A DNA stretch of 54,019 bases from Candidatus Omnitrophota bacterium (GCA_016783555.1 JADHWH010000004.1:1-54019); one strand, 5' to 3'; positions 9,159 through 20,251 are shown, numbered from the stretch's first letter. Notes: generated from the letters alone by a model not told the origin. A program made the numbers and translations.

Positions 9159-10103
9159 TTGAGAAAGATCGGGGTTCTGATAGATTGCGATCCGGGCATT
9201 GACGATGCATTGGCTATACTCTTTGCGCTGGCATCGGATAAGTTAAACGTAGAGGCCATAACGACGGTTTACGGAAACGTAAGCGTAAGGCAATCGACCG
9301 ATAACCTTATAAATATTCTCGAGATCAGCGGATTAAGGCCTCTTCCTGAAATCGGAATCGGAAGCGCTCGGCCTTTAGTTAAAAAGAGGCTTGAAAAAAG
9401 GGAGGTTCATGGAAAGGACGGCCTGGGTGATACCTCACTCGGCCGCCCAAGGAAGACCATAGAGATTAAAGACGGCGTTGAACTGGCCGTATCCAAGATT
9501 TTGTCTAAAAGAATAGAATATATAATCGCTACCGGCCCTTTGACAAACATAGCAGAGATAATTAAGACCAATCCGAAAATTCCTGATTTGGTGAAGAGAA
9601 TCTATATCATGGGGGGCGCGCTCTTTATAAAAGGCAATATAACGCCATACGCGGAGTTTAATATCTACAACGATCCGGAAGCCGCAAAGTTAGTCTTTGA
9701 TTCAAAGATACCCAAGACCGTGGTGAGCCTGGATGTCACTCAAAGGGTTATTTTAGAAAGAAGTGACCTAACCGGTTTCAAGAAAGATAAAGAGAGGCTC
9801 TCGCGGTTTATCTACGATATCGCAAATTTCGCTATTTGCTACCACAGAGGGTTTCGCGGCGTAAAAGGCGCTTACTTAAACGATCCGCTTTGCGTAGGCG
9901 CGGCACTCGAGGGCAAGATTTGTGAATACAAAAAGGGGTCTTTAGGGATTAAGTTAAACGGCCCCCAAAGGGGGCGGACCATCGTAGGCGAAGAGACCGG
10001 AGGAGCGCAGGATATCACGTACGCAGAGAGCGTAAATGTCGACAGGTTTAAGAGGTTATTCTTAGGGAGTTTAAAAAAAATATGTAAGGAGGTAGCAAGT
10101 TGA
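9159..10103 (+). CDS. Inosine/uridine-preferring nucleoside hydrolase
   Basis: DCDPGIDDA, HGKDGLG, GPLTN, AEFNIYNDPEAA. Confidence 0.92.
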   Translation: MRKIGVLIDCDPGIDDALAILFALASDKLNVEAITTVYGNVSVRQSTDNLINILEISGLRPLPEIGIGSARPLVKKRLEKREVHGKDGLGDTSLGRPRKTIEIKDGVELAVSKILSKRIEYIIATGPLTNIAEIIKTNPKIPDLVKRIYIMGGALFIKGNITPYAEFNIYNDPEAAKLVFDSKIPKTVVSLDVTQRVILERSDLTGFKKDKERLSRFIYDIANFAICYHRGFRGVKGAYLNDPLCVGAALEGKICEYKKGSLGIKLNGPQRGRTIVGEETGGAQDITYAESVNVDRFKRLFLGSLKKICKEVAS

Positions 10104-11056
10104 AGCTGGGAAATCTTTATAAGCGTATTATAGGCATTGGGATGAGGAATGATCCGCGTTCCAGGAGAGGCGCCGAAAAAGTTTTAAGAAAGAGCAAGAA
10201 GGAGTACCGCTCACTGAGGGGCGCGAGGAAGGCGGCTTTTGATAAGGATTCGCTTGTCAATCCATATAGCGATACGCGCATACTCTACGGAGACAAGGAT
10301 AAAGATATCAACACAATAATGGTAGGGATTGATATTGAGACGCCCGAGCTTCTTATGGCGGACAGGTTTAATCAGACAGACAGGCGTGTAGACCTGGTGA
10401 TGTCACATCATCCAGGCGGCAGGGCCCTCTGTGAGTTGCACAAGGTTATGGGCCTGCAGACCGATCAGCTTAAGAGCCTCGGGATATCTGGCGAAACGGC
10501 TGATGAGTTTATGGGAGAACGCATTGCGGAGGTCGCGAGGAAACTGCATTCCAGAAACTGTATGCGCAATATAGACGCCGCCAGGATGTTAGATATACCC
10601 TTTATGTGCGTCCATACCGCGGCCGATAATATGGTGACTAGTTTTTTGCAGAACCTCTTGGATAAGAAAAAACCGAAGACGCTGGGCGCGATAGTTGATA
10701 TCCTCGAAGGCATATACGAATATAAAGAAGGGGCCTCAGCCGGCGCAGGGCCGGAGATGCTTATCGGAGACAGGAAGAGGCCGGCGGGAAGGATATTTGT
10801 GGATATGACCGGCGGCACAGAGGGCTCCAAGAGGGCATTCAGCCGTTTGTCGCAGATAGGCATAGGTACGATTATATCTATGCATTTGAGCGAGGAGCAT
10901 TATAAGGCGGCAAAGAAGGAACATATAAATATTATCATTGCCGGCCACATAGCAAGCGATAATGTGGGTTTGAACCTAATACTGGATGAATTGGTAAAGA
11001 TCGAGGGGTTTAATATTATACAGTGCTCAGGGTTTAGGAGGTTTTCGAGGATATAG
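10100..11056 (+). CDS. NIF3/NGG1p-interacting family metal-binding protein
   Basis: NPYSDTRIL, SHHP, CVHTAADN, AGHIASDNVG. Confidence 0.8.
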   Translation: MKLGNLYKRIIGIGMRNDPRSRRGAEKVLRKSKKEYRSLRGARKAAFDKDSLVNPYSDTRILYGDKDKDINTIMVGIDIETPELLMADRFNQTDRRVDLVMSHHPGGRALCELHKVMGLQTDQLKSLGISGETADEFMGERIAEVARKLHSRNCMRNIDAARMLDIPFMCVHTAADNMVTSFLQNLLDKKKPKTLGAIVDILEGIYEYKEGASAGAGPEMLIGDRKRPAGRIFVDMTGGTEGSKRAFSRLSQIGIGTIISMHLSEEHYKAAKKEHINIIIAGHIASDNVGLNLILDELVKIEGFNIIQCSGFRRFSRI

Positions 11057-11058
11057 CC

Positions 11059-12825
11059 ATGGCTGGTATACCGGAATATATCATAGATCAAGTCAGGGAG
11101 AGGACCGATATAGCAGAGGTGATATCCAAATATATCCCCTTAAAGAAGGCGGGGAGGAATTACAGGGCGCTCTGTCCTTTTCATCATGAAAAGACGCCGT
11201 CTTTCATGGTAAGCCCGGCCAAGCAGATATACCATTGTTTTGGATGCGGCGCCGGAGGCAACGTATTCAATTTTTTAATAAAATACGAAAGAGTTGAGTT
11301 TCCTGAGGCAGTAAGAGAGCTTGCCAAGAACGCAGGGGTAACGATACCCGAGACATCTTCGGCAGGCGCCCAAAAGAGCTCTTTAACAGAAAAATTACAC
11401 GTCTTAAACAAACTGGTCGCTGATTTTTATTGTGAAAACCTAAGAAAAGGGCAGGCCCAGGCGGTATCGAAGAACTATCTGGTGAAAAGGAATATAAACC
11501 AGAACCTTATCGAGAGGTTCATGCTCGGATATGCGCCGAAGTCTTGGAATGGCCTTTTAGATTTTCTTAAAAAGAAGGGCTACGATGAGTCGGTTTTACA
11601 GAAAAGCGGTCTTATAATAGAAGGCAGAAATGGGAAGTTTTTTGACAGATTCCGCGACAAGATAATGTTTCCCATCTCCGACGTAAAGGGCAGGATAAAG
11701 GGCTTCGGAAGCAGGGCCCTTGACAATAGCATGCCCAAATACATGAATTCACCGGACACTTTTATATACAATAAAGGCAACCACCTTTACGGGCTTAATC
11801 TGAGCTGGGAAGAGATAAGAGATAAAAACTCGGTTGTGGTGGTGGAGGGGTATACAGACCTCTTAACGCCTTTTCAGCACGGAATCAAAAACATCGCCGC
11901 ATCTTTGGGAACGGCGCTTACGCTTGAACAGATAAGGCTGCTTAAGCGCTACACGAATAACATAGTTATATTATTCGACTCAGACCAGGCCGGGGAGAAT
12001 GCCACCTTGCGAAGCCTCGACCTTCTGGTGGAGGAAGATGTAAAGGTAAAAGTTGTCCAGCTGCCTAAAGGGGAGGATCCCGACAGTTTTATAAATAAAA
12101 ACGGTCCGGATAAGTTCAAGGAATTGCTGAATAGCGCGCAGGACCTTTTTGATTATAAATTGAATCTTTTGTTATCAAGGCATAACGCGGCAGACCTGGA
12201 AGGCAAGGCGCTCGTCGCGAATGAGATGCTCCCTCTTATTTCGAAGATAAAAAACGCTATTCTCCAGTCGGGGTATCTCAAGAGGCTTGCGGAGATACTC
12301 ATCATAGGCGAAGCGGATCTGCGCAGGGAGCTTGCAAAGGTAAAACCGGATTATTCGTATCATTACAAACCCTACGGAGAGCCGCAGGCAGAACCGTTAA
12401 AGGCGAATATGGCGGAGAAGATTTTAGCCGGTTTAATGCTGGAGGACAGAAACTTTGTGCGCAGCGTAAAGGAGAATTTGAATTGCGGGGATTTCAAGGA
12501 TATATCGATAAAAAGGATTGTTGAGAGGCTATTTGAGTATTACGACATGAATGTAACGATAGGTGTCAGCAAATTAATCGACTGTTTTAAGGATGAGGAG
12601 AATGTCCGCGCCTCTATTTCCGAATTGATCGCGACGTGCGAAAATCTCGTAGACAAGAAGAAAAACCTGGATGATTGTATACAATGGGTAAAGCAATGCG
12701 GATTAAAGGATAAGCTTAAGAACCTTTGCAAAGAGATAAAGACGGCGCAGAATTCAGGAGACGAATCGCGGGTCGTAGATTTGGTAATAAAATATAACGA
12801 TATGATGAAGGAAGTCAGGACATAA
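11059..12825 (+). CDS. dnaG: DNA primase
   Basis: CPFHHEKTPSF..CFGC zinc finger, KYMNSP, VEGYTD, FDSDQAG TOPRIM. Confidence 0.98.
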   Translation: MAGIPEYIIDQVRERTDIAEVISKYIPLKKAGRNYRALCPFHHEKTPSFMVSPAKQIYHCFGCGAGGNVFNFLIKYERVEFPEAVRELAKNAGVTIPETSSAGAQKSSLTEKLHVLNKLVADFYCENLRKGQAQAVSKNYLVKRNINQNLIERFMLGYAPKSWNGLLDFLKKKGYDESVLQKSGLIIEGRNGKFFDRFRDKIMFPISDVKGRIKGFGSRALDNSMPKYMNSPDTFIYNKGNHLYGLNLSWEEIRDKNSVVVVEGYTDLLTPFQHGIKNIAASLGTALTLEQIRLLKRYTNNIVILFDSDQAGENATLRSLDLLVEEDVKVKVVQLPKGEDPDSFINKNGPDKFKELLNSAQDLFDYKLNLLLSRHNAADLEGKALVANEMLPLISKIKNAILQSGYLKRLAEILIIGEADLRRELAKVKPDYSYHYKPYGEPQAEPLKANMAEKILAGLMLEDRNFVRSVKENLNCGDFKDISIKRIVERLFEYYDMNVTIGVSKLIDCFKDEENVRASISELIATCENLVDKKKNLDDCIQWVKQCGLKDKLKNLCKEIKTAQNSGDESRVVDLVIKYNDMMKEVRT

Positions 12826-12855
12826 TACGGCAAAGGAGAAGCCGCGCTACATGAA

Positions 12856-12916
12856 CCCCGTTAGACCTCATAGGAGGTCGGCGGGGTGAAACGGAAGTAA
12901 TGGAGGTCTAACGGGG
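12856..12916. mobile_element. Family B miniature element, copy B3 (target duplication TGAA) in the rpoD start codon
   Basis: A-TGAA-[CCCCGTTAGACCT..AGGTCTAACGGGG]-TGAA-GAG; orphaned AAAGGAG site upstream of old ATG 12851. Confidence 0.85.
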
Positions 12917-14469
12917 TGAAGAGACACAAAGAGATAGAAGAACTTTTAAAGGTCGGCAAAAAGAAAGGCTGCCTTACTTACGAAGAGTTAAACAACATAC
13001 TTCCCGATACGATAGTGTCGTCCGAAGAGCTGGATAAGATATTTACCCTATTGGGCGATGAGAATATAAAGGTTGTCGACTCAAAAGAGGCTGCTTTAGA
13101 GCTTGAGAAGAAATCATCCGAGGAGGAATCGACGGAGCAGAAGAAGGCTCCTAAACGGGAAGGGCATGCCGATAAGCTGGTTCAGATGGATGACCCCGTA
13201 AAGATGTATCTCAGGCAGATGGGCCAGATACCCCTTTTGACAAGAGAGGAAGAGCTCAGGCTGGCTGAGAAGATTAAAAGTACGGAGTTTAAATTCAGTA
13301 GAGCGGTTTTAGAATGCAAGCCTGCCAGGAAAGAGGCCATAACGGTCGCGAAAGATATCCTTAGCAGCAAAAAGAGCATGGATGATTTTATCAACATAGA
13401 CCCAAAACCTGACAGGAAAAAGATCAAGGCCAACCTTAGGAAATTCGTCAGGCTCGCAAGGAGAGTCAGAAAAGGCCGGCGTATAGCCGAGATCTTGTCC
13501 GGTTTTAATTTGTGCACAACCGTGATCGAAGAGATATTCATCGCTATGAGGGCCAAGACTGCTGAGATTGAACAGATCGATAAGAATCTCAAGAGATCAC
13601 GGAAAAAAAGGGCACACGGCGAGGTTTCAAAACTTAGAAGAAAGAGGCGCACCATAGAGGCGGAATTCGGCCTTAAGCACCCGGAGATAAAAGAGGCCGT
13701 TAAGGCGATTAGGGTAAAAGAAGCGAAATTTAACAAGGCCAAGAAGGAGTTGGTGGCGGCCAATCTAAGATTGGTTGTGAGCATCGCGAAGAAATACACC
13801 AACAGAGGCTTATCGTTCCTCGATCTTATACAAGAGGGAAATATAGGTCTCATGAAGGCGGTTGATAAGTTCGAGTATGAGAGGGGATATAAATTTTCTA
13901 CATACGCGACATGGTGGATAAGGCAGGCGATAACGCGCTCCATAGCCGACCAGTCCCGCACTATAAGGATTCCCGTGCATATGACCGAGACTATAAACAG
14001 ACTTATACGCGTCTCGCGCGCTCTTGTCCAAGAGAACGGAAAAGAGCCCACGCCTGAAGAAATATCGTATGATATGAAGATGCCCGTAGATAAGGTAAGG
14101 GGGATTCTCAAGATAGCCCAGGAGCCCATATCGTTACAGACGCCGATTGGCGATGAAGGCGATACGCACTTCGGCGATTTTATAGAGGACAAACGCGCCG
14201 TCTCGCCCGCAAACGCAACGGCCTATTCTATGCTAAAGGAGCAGGTAGGAGACGTCCTTTCCACGTTGACCGACCGGGAGAAGAAAGTCCTCCGGCTTCG
14301 TTTCGGTATAGGCGACGGCTATCCCCGCACCCTTGAAGAGGTCGGCTCCATGTTCAATGTCACAAGAGAGAGGGTGCGTCAGATAGAGGCAAAGGCCTTA
14401 AGAAAACTGCGCCATCCTACCAGAAGCAGGAAGCTCAAGAATTTCTTGGCCTTAAGCGCAGGCCAGTAA
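12916..14469 (+). CDS. rpoD: Primary RNA polymerase sigma factor (GTG start formed by the element end)
   Basis: [51 protein letters not shown]. Confidence 0.98.
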   Translation: MKRHKEIEELLKVGKKKGCLTYEELNNILPDTIVSSEELDKIFTLLGDENIKVVDSKEAALELEKKSSEEESTEQKKAPKREGHADKLVQMDDPVKMYLRQMGQIPLLTREEELRLAEKIKSTEFKFSRAVLECKPARKEAITVAKDILSSKKSMDDFINIDPKPDRKKIKANLRKFVRLARRVRKGRRIAEILSGFNLCTTVIEEIFIAMRAKTAEIEQIDKNLKRSRKKRAHGEVSKLRRKRRTIEAEFGLKHPEIKEAVKAIRVKEAKFNKAKKELVAANLRLVVSIAKKYTNRGLSFLDLIQEGNIGLMKAVDKFEYERGYKFSTYATWWIRQAITRSIADQSRTIRIPVHMTETINRLIRVSRALVQENGKEPTPEEISYDMKMPVDKVRGILKIAQEPISLQTPIGDEGDTHFGDFIEDKRAVSPANATAYSMLKEQVGDVLSTLTDREKKVLRLRFGIGDGYPRTLEEVGSMFNVTRERVRQIEAKALRKLRHPTRSRKLKNFLALSAGQ

Positions 14470-14475
14470 TAATGG

Positions 14476-15309
14476 ATGAAAGACCACATAGAGATAGAGA
14501 GGCTGTTTAAAGACGATAAAAAGGTTCATTACGACTTCTCGCAAAGCCCTGCCTTAATAGAGCTCCACAAGAAGAATACCGACCAGACATTCGAAAAAGA
14601 CCACGCAGCTAAATGGAAAAAAGCGCAAAATGAATTTCTGCGCTGGACTAAAGACAGGAAGGTCTTTCCAAAAAGACAAGTTGAGGATGGTAAGAAGATA
14701 TTCGACGAATATTTTAAAAAGAGAGGTTATTTACAAGGAAATATTCTCGACGTAGGCGGCGGCTGGGGGTTATTCAGGGAGTGGTGGGAAGAGAGAGAGT
14801 CCAATATCTTCATAGTTCATGACCCCGGCATAGAGAGGTTCCTGCGCGGTCCGCACAAGCTGCATCACGATTATTACAAAAGGGCCTTTAGCCTTCCGAT
14901 GACTTTTGTCGAAGGTTTCGGGGAGGACCTGCCGTATAAGGATGGTATATTCGATTTATACCTTATCGCAGCTACATTGGACCATTGCATCTGGCCGCAA
15001 GAGATTATACGGGCGGCATATCGATGTATAAGACCCGATGGGATTATACTCATCATCCAAAGATGCGGCCCATCCGGACCTCTCGGTGATTTTGTAAACA
15101 TATTCAGGCGCCTGAAGGCATATTTATTCAAGCCTGAAAGATTCTTGCGCGCATTTTACAGAAGGTTATTCTATCGAGACCCTCATCTGCACCATTTTTC
15201 TATTCAAGGTATAACCGCATTATTGGAAGAGGCCGGTTTTTCAAAGGTCCGCATAGAGGTTATTTCGATGGCAGAGAATATCTACGCCTTCGAAGCGCAA
15301 AAACGATAA
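14476..15309 (+). CDS. Class I SAM-dependent methyltransferase
   Basis: ILDVGGGWG motif I; GEDLPYKDGIFD; LDH; RPDG. Confidence 0.8.
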   Translation: MKDHIEIERLFKDDKKVHYDFSQSPALIELHKKNTDQTFEKDHAAKWKKAQNEFLRWTKDRKVFPKRQVEDGKKIFDEYFKKRGYLQGNILDVGGGWGLFREWWEERESNIFIVHDPGIERFLRGPHKLHHDYYKRAFSLPMTFVEGFGEDLPYKDGIFDLYLIAATLDHCIWPQEIIRAAYRCIRPDGIILIIQRCGPSGPLGDFVNIFRRLKAYLFKPERFLRAFYRRLFYRDPHLHHFSIQGITALLEEAGFSKVRIEVISMAENIYAFEAQKR

Positions 15310-15321
15310 GACTCCTAATCT

Positions 15322-15355
15322 AGCCGTAGGGCAGGTTTAAACCTGCCCTACGGCT
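15322..15355. repeat. GTAG-type REP-like perfect palindrome (family C)
   Basis: AGCCGTAGGGCAGGTTTAAACCTGCCCTACGGCT, 34-bp perfect palindrome. Confidence 0.9.
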
Positions 15356-15374
15356 GGTTAGAAGTTATAATTGT

Positions 15375-16511
15375 ATGGAAAAAATCGAGGTAGCAGTTGT
15401 AGGCGCTGGTATTATAGGCCTTGCCATAGCCAGCGAAGTCTCAAAATTCAAAAAATCTCTATATGTGCTCGAGAGACATGAGTCTTTCGGCCAAGAGACG
15501 AGCTCAAGGAACAGCGAGGTTCTGCATGCGGGCCTCTATTATCCTAAGGGGTCACTTAAGAGAGAGACGTGCATCGAAGGAAAGAGGCTTCTTTACGAGA
15601 TATGCGAGAAGAATAATATACCCTATAGAAGACTGGGAAAGCTCGTCGTGGCGGCAAGCGCTTCGGAGACCGCAGGCTTGGAGCGGCTCTTTTGTAATGC
15701 CAGGGCAAACGGCGTAAGGGAATTGGAATTGATATCCAAGGATAAGATTAAAAGCCTGGAGCCCAATATAAAAGCCGAGGCCGCAATACATTCAAAGTCT
15801 ACAGGCATAGTGGATTCACATAGCCTTATGAAATATTATGTAATTAAGATTAAAGAGAAGAAGGCAGGCATTTCATACAAGACAGAGGTGAAGTCCGTAA
15901 AAAAGATTGGCGGTGGATATGAAATCAGGGTGCTTGATGCAAACAATACGGAATTTAAATTTGAAACAGAGATCTTAATTAACTGTGCGGGTTTAGAGTC
16001 GGATAGGATAGCCGAGATGGCAGGCGTAGATATAGAGAGCAAGGGGTACAGGCTTAAATACTGCAAGGGTCAATATTTTAAATTACCCCCTAAGAAGAGC
16101 AGGCTTATAAAGAGGCTTATATACCCCGTGCCCAGAGAACGGAATGCCGGACTCGGAATACACGCTACTCCGAATTTAGGGGGAATAATCCGCCTGGGGC
16201 CCGATGACGAATATGTTGAGAGAGAAGGTTTCGATTACAAGGTAGATGAAAGGGCAAGGGCTAGATTTCGCGATTCAGTATTTAATTTTCTCCCTTTTAT
16301 AGAGGAGAACGACCTTACTTGTGATACCGCAGGTATAAGGCCGAAGCTGCAAGGCCCTGGTGAGGATTTCAGGGACTATGTAATAAAAGAGGAGAGAGAT
16401 ATCGGCCTCCCCGGTTTTATAAATCTTATCGGAATCGAATCCCCGGGCCTTACAAGCGCGCCTTCGATAGCAAGGTTCGTATCTTTATTGGTAAAGAAAA
16501 ATGCCCGCTAA
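15375..16511 (+). CDS. FAD-dependent oxidoreductase, L-2-hydroxyglutarate oxidase (LhgO)-like
   Basis: VVGAGIIG, ETSSRNSEVLHAG, GIRPKL, GIESPGLTS. Confidence 0.85.
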   Translation: MEKIEVAVVGAGIIGLAIASEVSKFKKSLYVLERHESFGQETSSRNSEVLHAGLYYPKGSLKRETCIEGKRLLYEICEKNNIPYRRLGKLVVAASASETAGLERLFCNARANGVRELELISKDKIKSLEPNIKAEAAIHSKSTGIVDSHSLMKYYVIKIKEKKAGISYKTEVKSVKKIGGGYEIRVLDANNTEFKFETEILINCAGLESDRIAEMAGVDIESKGYRLKYCKGQYFKLPPKKSRLIKRLIYPVPRERNAGLGIHATPNLGGIIRLGPDDEYVEREGFDYKVDERARARFRDSVFNFLPFIEENDLTCDTAGIRPKLQGPGEDFRDYVIKEERDIGLPGFINLIGIESPGLTSAPSIARFVSLLVKKNAR

Positions 16512-16620
16512 GAGTCCTATTTCAAATCTGGTCCGCGTATCTTCAGGCATCCTTTTGGCAGCCGCCCTTGCGGTGGCATTCTTTTTTATTTATGGCAGAA
16601 AATAGGAGGAAGATAACTTA

Positions 16621-17682
16621 ATGAGAAATAAGGTGTTAATATATATCTTTATCTTTGTTTTTCTTATAGTAATTCTTGCGCCGTTTTTTATGTTATTCGG
16701 CCCGACACGGCTTAAAGACTATCTTCATAAAGAATTGGTCTATAAAGTAATCGCCTCTAAGATAACCCGCGGATTAAAAACAGATGAGGAGAAGGCGCTA
16801 AGATTGATGGAATATGTCCATAGACACGTTGTGACTAATCAGTCAGGGTATAAGATAATAGATAAGCACCCTCTAAATGATTTAATCAGAAACGTAGGAG
16901 TATGCGACCAGGTTGCGAATACCCTGGTAACATTAGCAAGAAAAGCCCATATCAAGGGACGGCTTATATTCCTGCGCGGCTACCAGGCCTCTTCGCAGCA
17001 CAGCCTCTGCGATCTATACATAGACGGTGAATTTAGAATCTTTGATCCGACCTTTGACATGATATTTATTAACGAGAGCGGAAAGATTGCTACTTTTGAG
17101 GATATCCAAAGGCACAATACCAAGCTTAAACGCGTCATGCAGACAGAGTTCGGGCGCATCTTTGACCCGTTCGGCAGGGGCATAGAAAAATTTTATTTTA
17201 AGCTGTTTGAGCCCGAATATAAGCCTAAGATTTTCAGGACGAATTTCGAGCAGGATAAAAAAAGATTCATCCTATCGAGGTGGATAGATCTATATTACGA
17301 TATCTTCGCCGACTTATTTTTAACGCTCTACCAAAAGCTTTATTTCAAGTCGGCCGGGACGGGCCCGTTTTTAAGGGCAAGGTACAAACATCTATCGTTC
17401 AGGCATGATTCGGCCCTCGCCGATTACGATTATATATTAGAAAAATATGAAGATGAGTTTATGCGGTCCGAATGCGTCTATTTTAAGGGAGTAGCCTTCT
17501 GGGAGCTAAAAGAGTATTATAAGGCAATCTCGGAATTTGAAAAGCTGCTTGAAGAGGCGCCCGGCACAAAGAGACGGCGGCTGGCGATGATGTTTTTATT
17601 AGACTCTTATTGCCTTCTTAATAATCCCGATAAGGTGCTCTTTTATCTTTCGCGGCTAAGGCCTAAACTTAAAGGGGAGTAA
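16621..17682 (+). CDS. Membrane-anchored transglutaminase-like protein with C-terminal TPR
   Basis: N-terminal TM; GVCDQVA..H..FDPT Cys-His-Asp pattern; TPR-like helices (YYKAISEFEKLLEEAP). Confidence 0.7.
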   Translation: MRNKVLIYIFIFVFLIVILAPFFMLFGPTRLKDYLHKELVYKVIASKITRGLKTDEEKALRLMEYVHRHVVTNQSGYKIIDKHPLNDLIRNVGVCDQVANTLVTLARKAHIKGRLIFLRGYQASSQHSLCDLYIDGEFRIFDPTFDMIFINESGKIATFEDIQRHNTKLKRVMQTEFGRIFDPFGRGIEKFYFKLFEPEYKPKIFRTNFEQDKKRFILSRWIDLYYDIFADLFLTLYQKLYFKSAGTGPFLRARYKHLSFRHDSALADYDYILEKYEDEFMRSECVYFKGVAFWELKEYYKAISEFEKLLEEAPGTKRRRLAMMFLLDSYCLLNNPDKVLFYLSRLRPKLKGE

Positions 17683-17699
17683 GAAATTGCGATATACTC

Positions 17700-17728
17700 T
17701 TGACTTTCACTATTAGTCCATATATACT
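17700..17728 (+). promoter_or_regulatory. sigma70 promoter for the GGDEF gene
   Basis: TTGACT-17 nt-TATACT. Confidence 0.65.
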
Positions 17729-17760
17729 TTTTTTAGTGTAATATATAAGGGGATATATAT

Positions 17761-18597
17761 ATGTTGGACAAATCCGAAAAAGATTTCTTAACAGATTGCT
17801 TTGCCAAGTCCGAACTGCTCCCTTTTTTGGATGAAAGCATCGGTAATTCCAAGAAGAATAACAAGCCCTTTTCGATAGCGCTCATAGACCTCGACCGCTT
17901 TAAAAAGCTGAATTACAAATTTGGCCATCTCTATGGCGATGACATATTAAAATATGTCGCAAGCACAGTGCGCCTGACCCTGGAAGATAAAGGCTATCTC
18001 TTCCGTTATGGAGGGGATGAGTTTGTCGCGGTCTTTCCGGAGAAGTCGAGTAAAGAGGCCGCACAGCTTGCAAGGCAGTGCAGTAACAATCTGGCGCACC
18101 GGCCCTTTCTATATAAGGAGAAGCTTCACAAGATTACGATAAGCGTGGGGATTGCCGATTTTCCTTCCGATGGAAATACAAAGTATGAGCTCATCAGCAG
18201 GGCCGACAAGGCCATGTATATGTCAAAAAATTACGGCCGCAACCTGATTACAGAGGCGCACAGGATAACTTATATAAGATGGCGCAATACGGCCATGGCG
18301 GTAGCGAGCGTCCTTATCGTTTCGCTAACGCTTCATCTTTTGAGCGGTTACGGACTTTTGGGGTTTTTCAAGAAGATGGTTAAAAGCGTTCAGGCTGTTA
18401 AGGTCGTTTCGGAAGGCGCGGAGTTGGTAACCGTTATAAAGAAAGACGGCACCATGTTCGAAGGCCGCATATTAGGGGAGACCGACGATTTTGTAATAAT
18501 AAATTTTAAGCTGGAGAGAGGATCTGCCTCGATCAATATAGATAAAGATGAGATAGCAGAGATAAAATTCTCACCGAAAAAAGACCGAGACAGATGA
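17761..18597 (+). CDS. Diguanylate cyclase (N-terminal GGDEF, C-terminal TM plus small beta domain)
   Basis: DLDRFKKLN..GHLYGD, RYGGDEF, ADKAMY..K..GRN. Confidence 0.9.
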   Translation: MLDKSEKDFLTDCFAKSELLPFLDESIGNSKKNNKPFSIALIDLDRFKKLNYKFGHLYGDDILKYVASTVRLTLEDKGYLFRYGGDEFVAVFPEKSSKEAAQLARQCSNNLAHRPFLYKEKLHKITISVGIADFPSDGNTKYELISRADKAMYMSKNYGRNLITEAHRITYIRWRNTAMAVASVLIVSLTLHLLSGYGLLGFFKKMVKSVQAVKVVSEGAELVTVIKKDGTMFEGRILGETDDFVIINFKLERGSASINIDKDEIAEIKFSPKKDRDR

Positions 18598-20162
18598 AAA
18601 AGTCTGTCGCAATCCATCCCTTTTTATTCGCTCTTTATCCGATCATATATTTAGTCGCCCATAATATAGGTGAATTGCTTCTCATAGACCGGTTTTCATT
18701 GACCAGCGTCTTTTTACCGATGATTGTCTCGCTCGGTTTTGCGTCGGTTTCGATGTTGATGCTGGGCCTTATCCTAAAGAATGCAAAAAAAGCGGCTTTG
18801 ATAGTCACTGCCTCATTGTTTCTATTTTTTTCATACGGCCATTTTTACGATATGACGAGTCGTTTGATGCGCGATTCCGCATTCTGGATAGGACGATTTG
18901 TAATCGGGCCGCATAAGATCGTTTTTTTTGCATGGTGCGCGCTTTTCTGCATAGCCGCCTTCTTTTCTATAAAGACCCGCCGCGACCTTAAAATGATTAC
19001 ATCTTTTTTAAATATTACAGCCGGATGCCTCATAGCCATATCTATGGTAAACATCGGGTTTCACGAATTTAAGAGAATGGAGATCTGGAAGGGGTATGCG
19101 GACAAGAGAGATGCGCTGGAAGAAAGGGCAGCTATTGGAAGCGGCATAGGATACTCTCCCGACATCTACTATATAATATTGGATGGATATACGAGTTCGA
19201 AGAAACTGGAGGAGATTTACGGTTTTGATAACAGCGAATTTACGGATTATTTGGTGGAAAAAGGGTTCTTTATAGCATTTGAGAGTATGAGCAATTACGC
19301 CCAAACCACCCATTCGCTGGCCTCGTCATTGAATATGGAATATATTAACTACGTAACAGATATTGTCAATTCGAAATATTCCGCGATGGGGATGTTGTAT
19401 CTGAAGCTCAGAAATAATAAGGTCATTGATTTTTTGAAAAAGAGAGGGTATAAATTTGTGCATTTCGCCACGTCATACGGACTGACAGAGCATAATAAAT
19501 TTGCCGATATAGAGTTTCATTTCGGAAAGAAGAATGAATTTTATTATATGCTGGTAAACACGACAATGCTCTGTTACTTCAGAGAAAAATTTAATATGGC
19601 AGGCGACAAAAGAAGGATGGTGCTCGACACATTCTCCACGCTGTCTAAGATGCCTGCGATAGAAGGCCCGAAATTTGTTTTTGCCCATATGATAATCCCC
19701 CACCCCCCTTATTATTTCGATGAAGACGGCGGCATGCCGCCAAAGATACTCGGCGCCGAGGGAGGAAAGAACGCATGGGCTGAAAAGGAGGCATATGTAA
19801 AACAGCTGATATTCCTCAATAAAAAAATTAAGGCATTTCTTGATAAGATAGAGTCCGGATCATCAACGCCTCCGGTTATTATACTCCAGGGAGATCACGG
19901 GACAGAAGCGACATTCAGTCACGGCCAAAGAAGCCGCGCGAGCACGACAGATGAGATGATGGAAGAGAGGATGAGCATATTTAACGCGTATTGTTTGCCG
20001 CAGGGCGGCAAGAAGGCTCTATATAGCAGCATCTCGCCCGTTAATACATTCAGGGTTCTCTTTAATTATTATTTCAACGCTGATTTTGAATTACTTGAAG
20101 AGAGAAGCTACTTTTCGTCATATGAGCGGCCGTTTGAGTTTATTGCCGTAAACCGAGAATGA
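18594..20162 (+). CDS. Membrane protein with C-terminal sulfatase/alkaline-phosphatase-like (LTA-synthase-like) domain
   Basis: Five TM helices, then PDIYYIILDGY, SNYAQT, PHPPY, ILQGDHG. Confidence 0.75.
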   Translation: MKKSVAIHPFLFALYPIIYLVAHNIGELLLIDRFSLTSVFLPMIVSLGFASVSMLMLGLILKNAKKAALIVTASLFLFFSYGHFYDMTSRLMRDSAFWIGRFVIGPHKIVFFAWCALFCIAAFFSIKTRRDLKMITSFLNITAGCLIAISMVNIGFHEFKRMEIWKGYADKRDALEERAAIGSGIGYSPDIYYIILDGYTSSKKLEEIYGFDNSEFTDYLVEKGFFIAFESMSNYAQTTHSLASSLNMEYINYVTDIVNSKYSAMGMLYLKLRNNKVIDFLKKRGYKFVHFATSYGLTEHNKFADIEFHFGKKNEFYYMLVNTTMLCYFREKFNMAGDKRRMVLDTFSTLSKMPAIEGPKFVFAHMIIPHPPYYFDEDGGMPPKILGAEGGKNAWAEKEAYVKQLIFLNKKIKAFLDKIESGSSTPPVIILQGDHGTEATFSHGQRSRASTTDEMMEERMSIFNAYCLPQGGKKALYSSISPVNTFRVLFNYYFNADFELLEERSYFSSYERPFEFIAVNRE

Positions 20163-20223
20163 TCCTTCTGACTTCAAAGAAGAGCTCATATTGTTAATGC
20201 ATACAAAACTTAGTCATGACCCC

Positions 20224-20251
20224 TTGACATTCATATCATATAGTGTATTAT
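20224..20251 (+). promoter_or_regulatory. sigma70 promoter upstream of the riboswitch
   Basis: TTGACA-16 nt-TATTAT. Confidence 0.55.

Noticed and set aside
13182-14192. 336-aa antisense ORF opposite rpoD (and the many other minus-strand ORFs, e.g. 52997-53602)
   Set aside because: Antisense shadows of well-conserved plus-strand genes, with no motifs of their own
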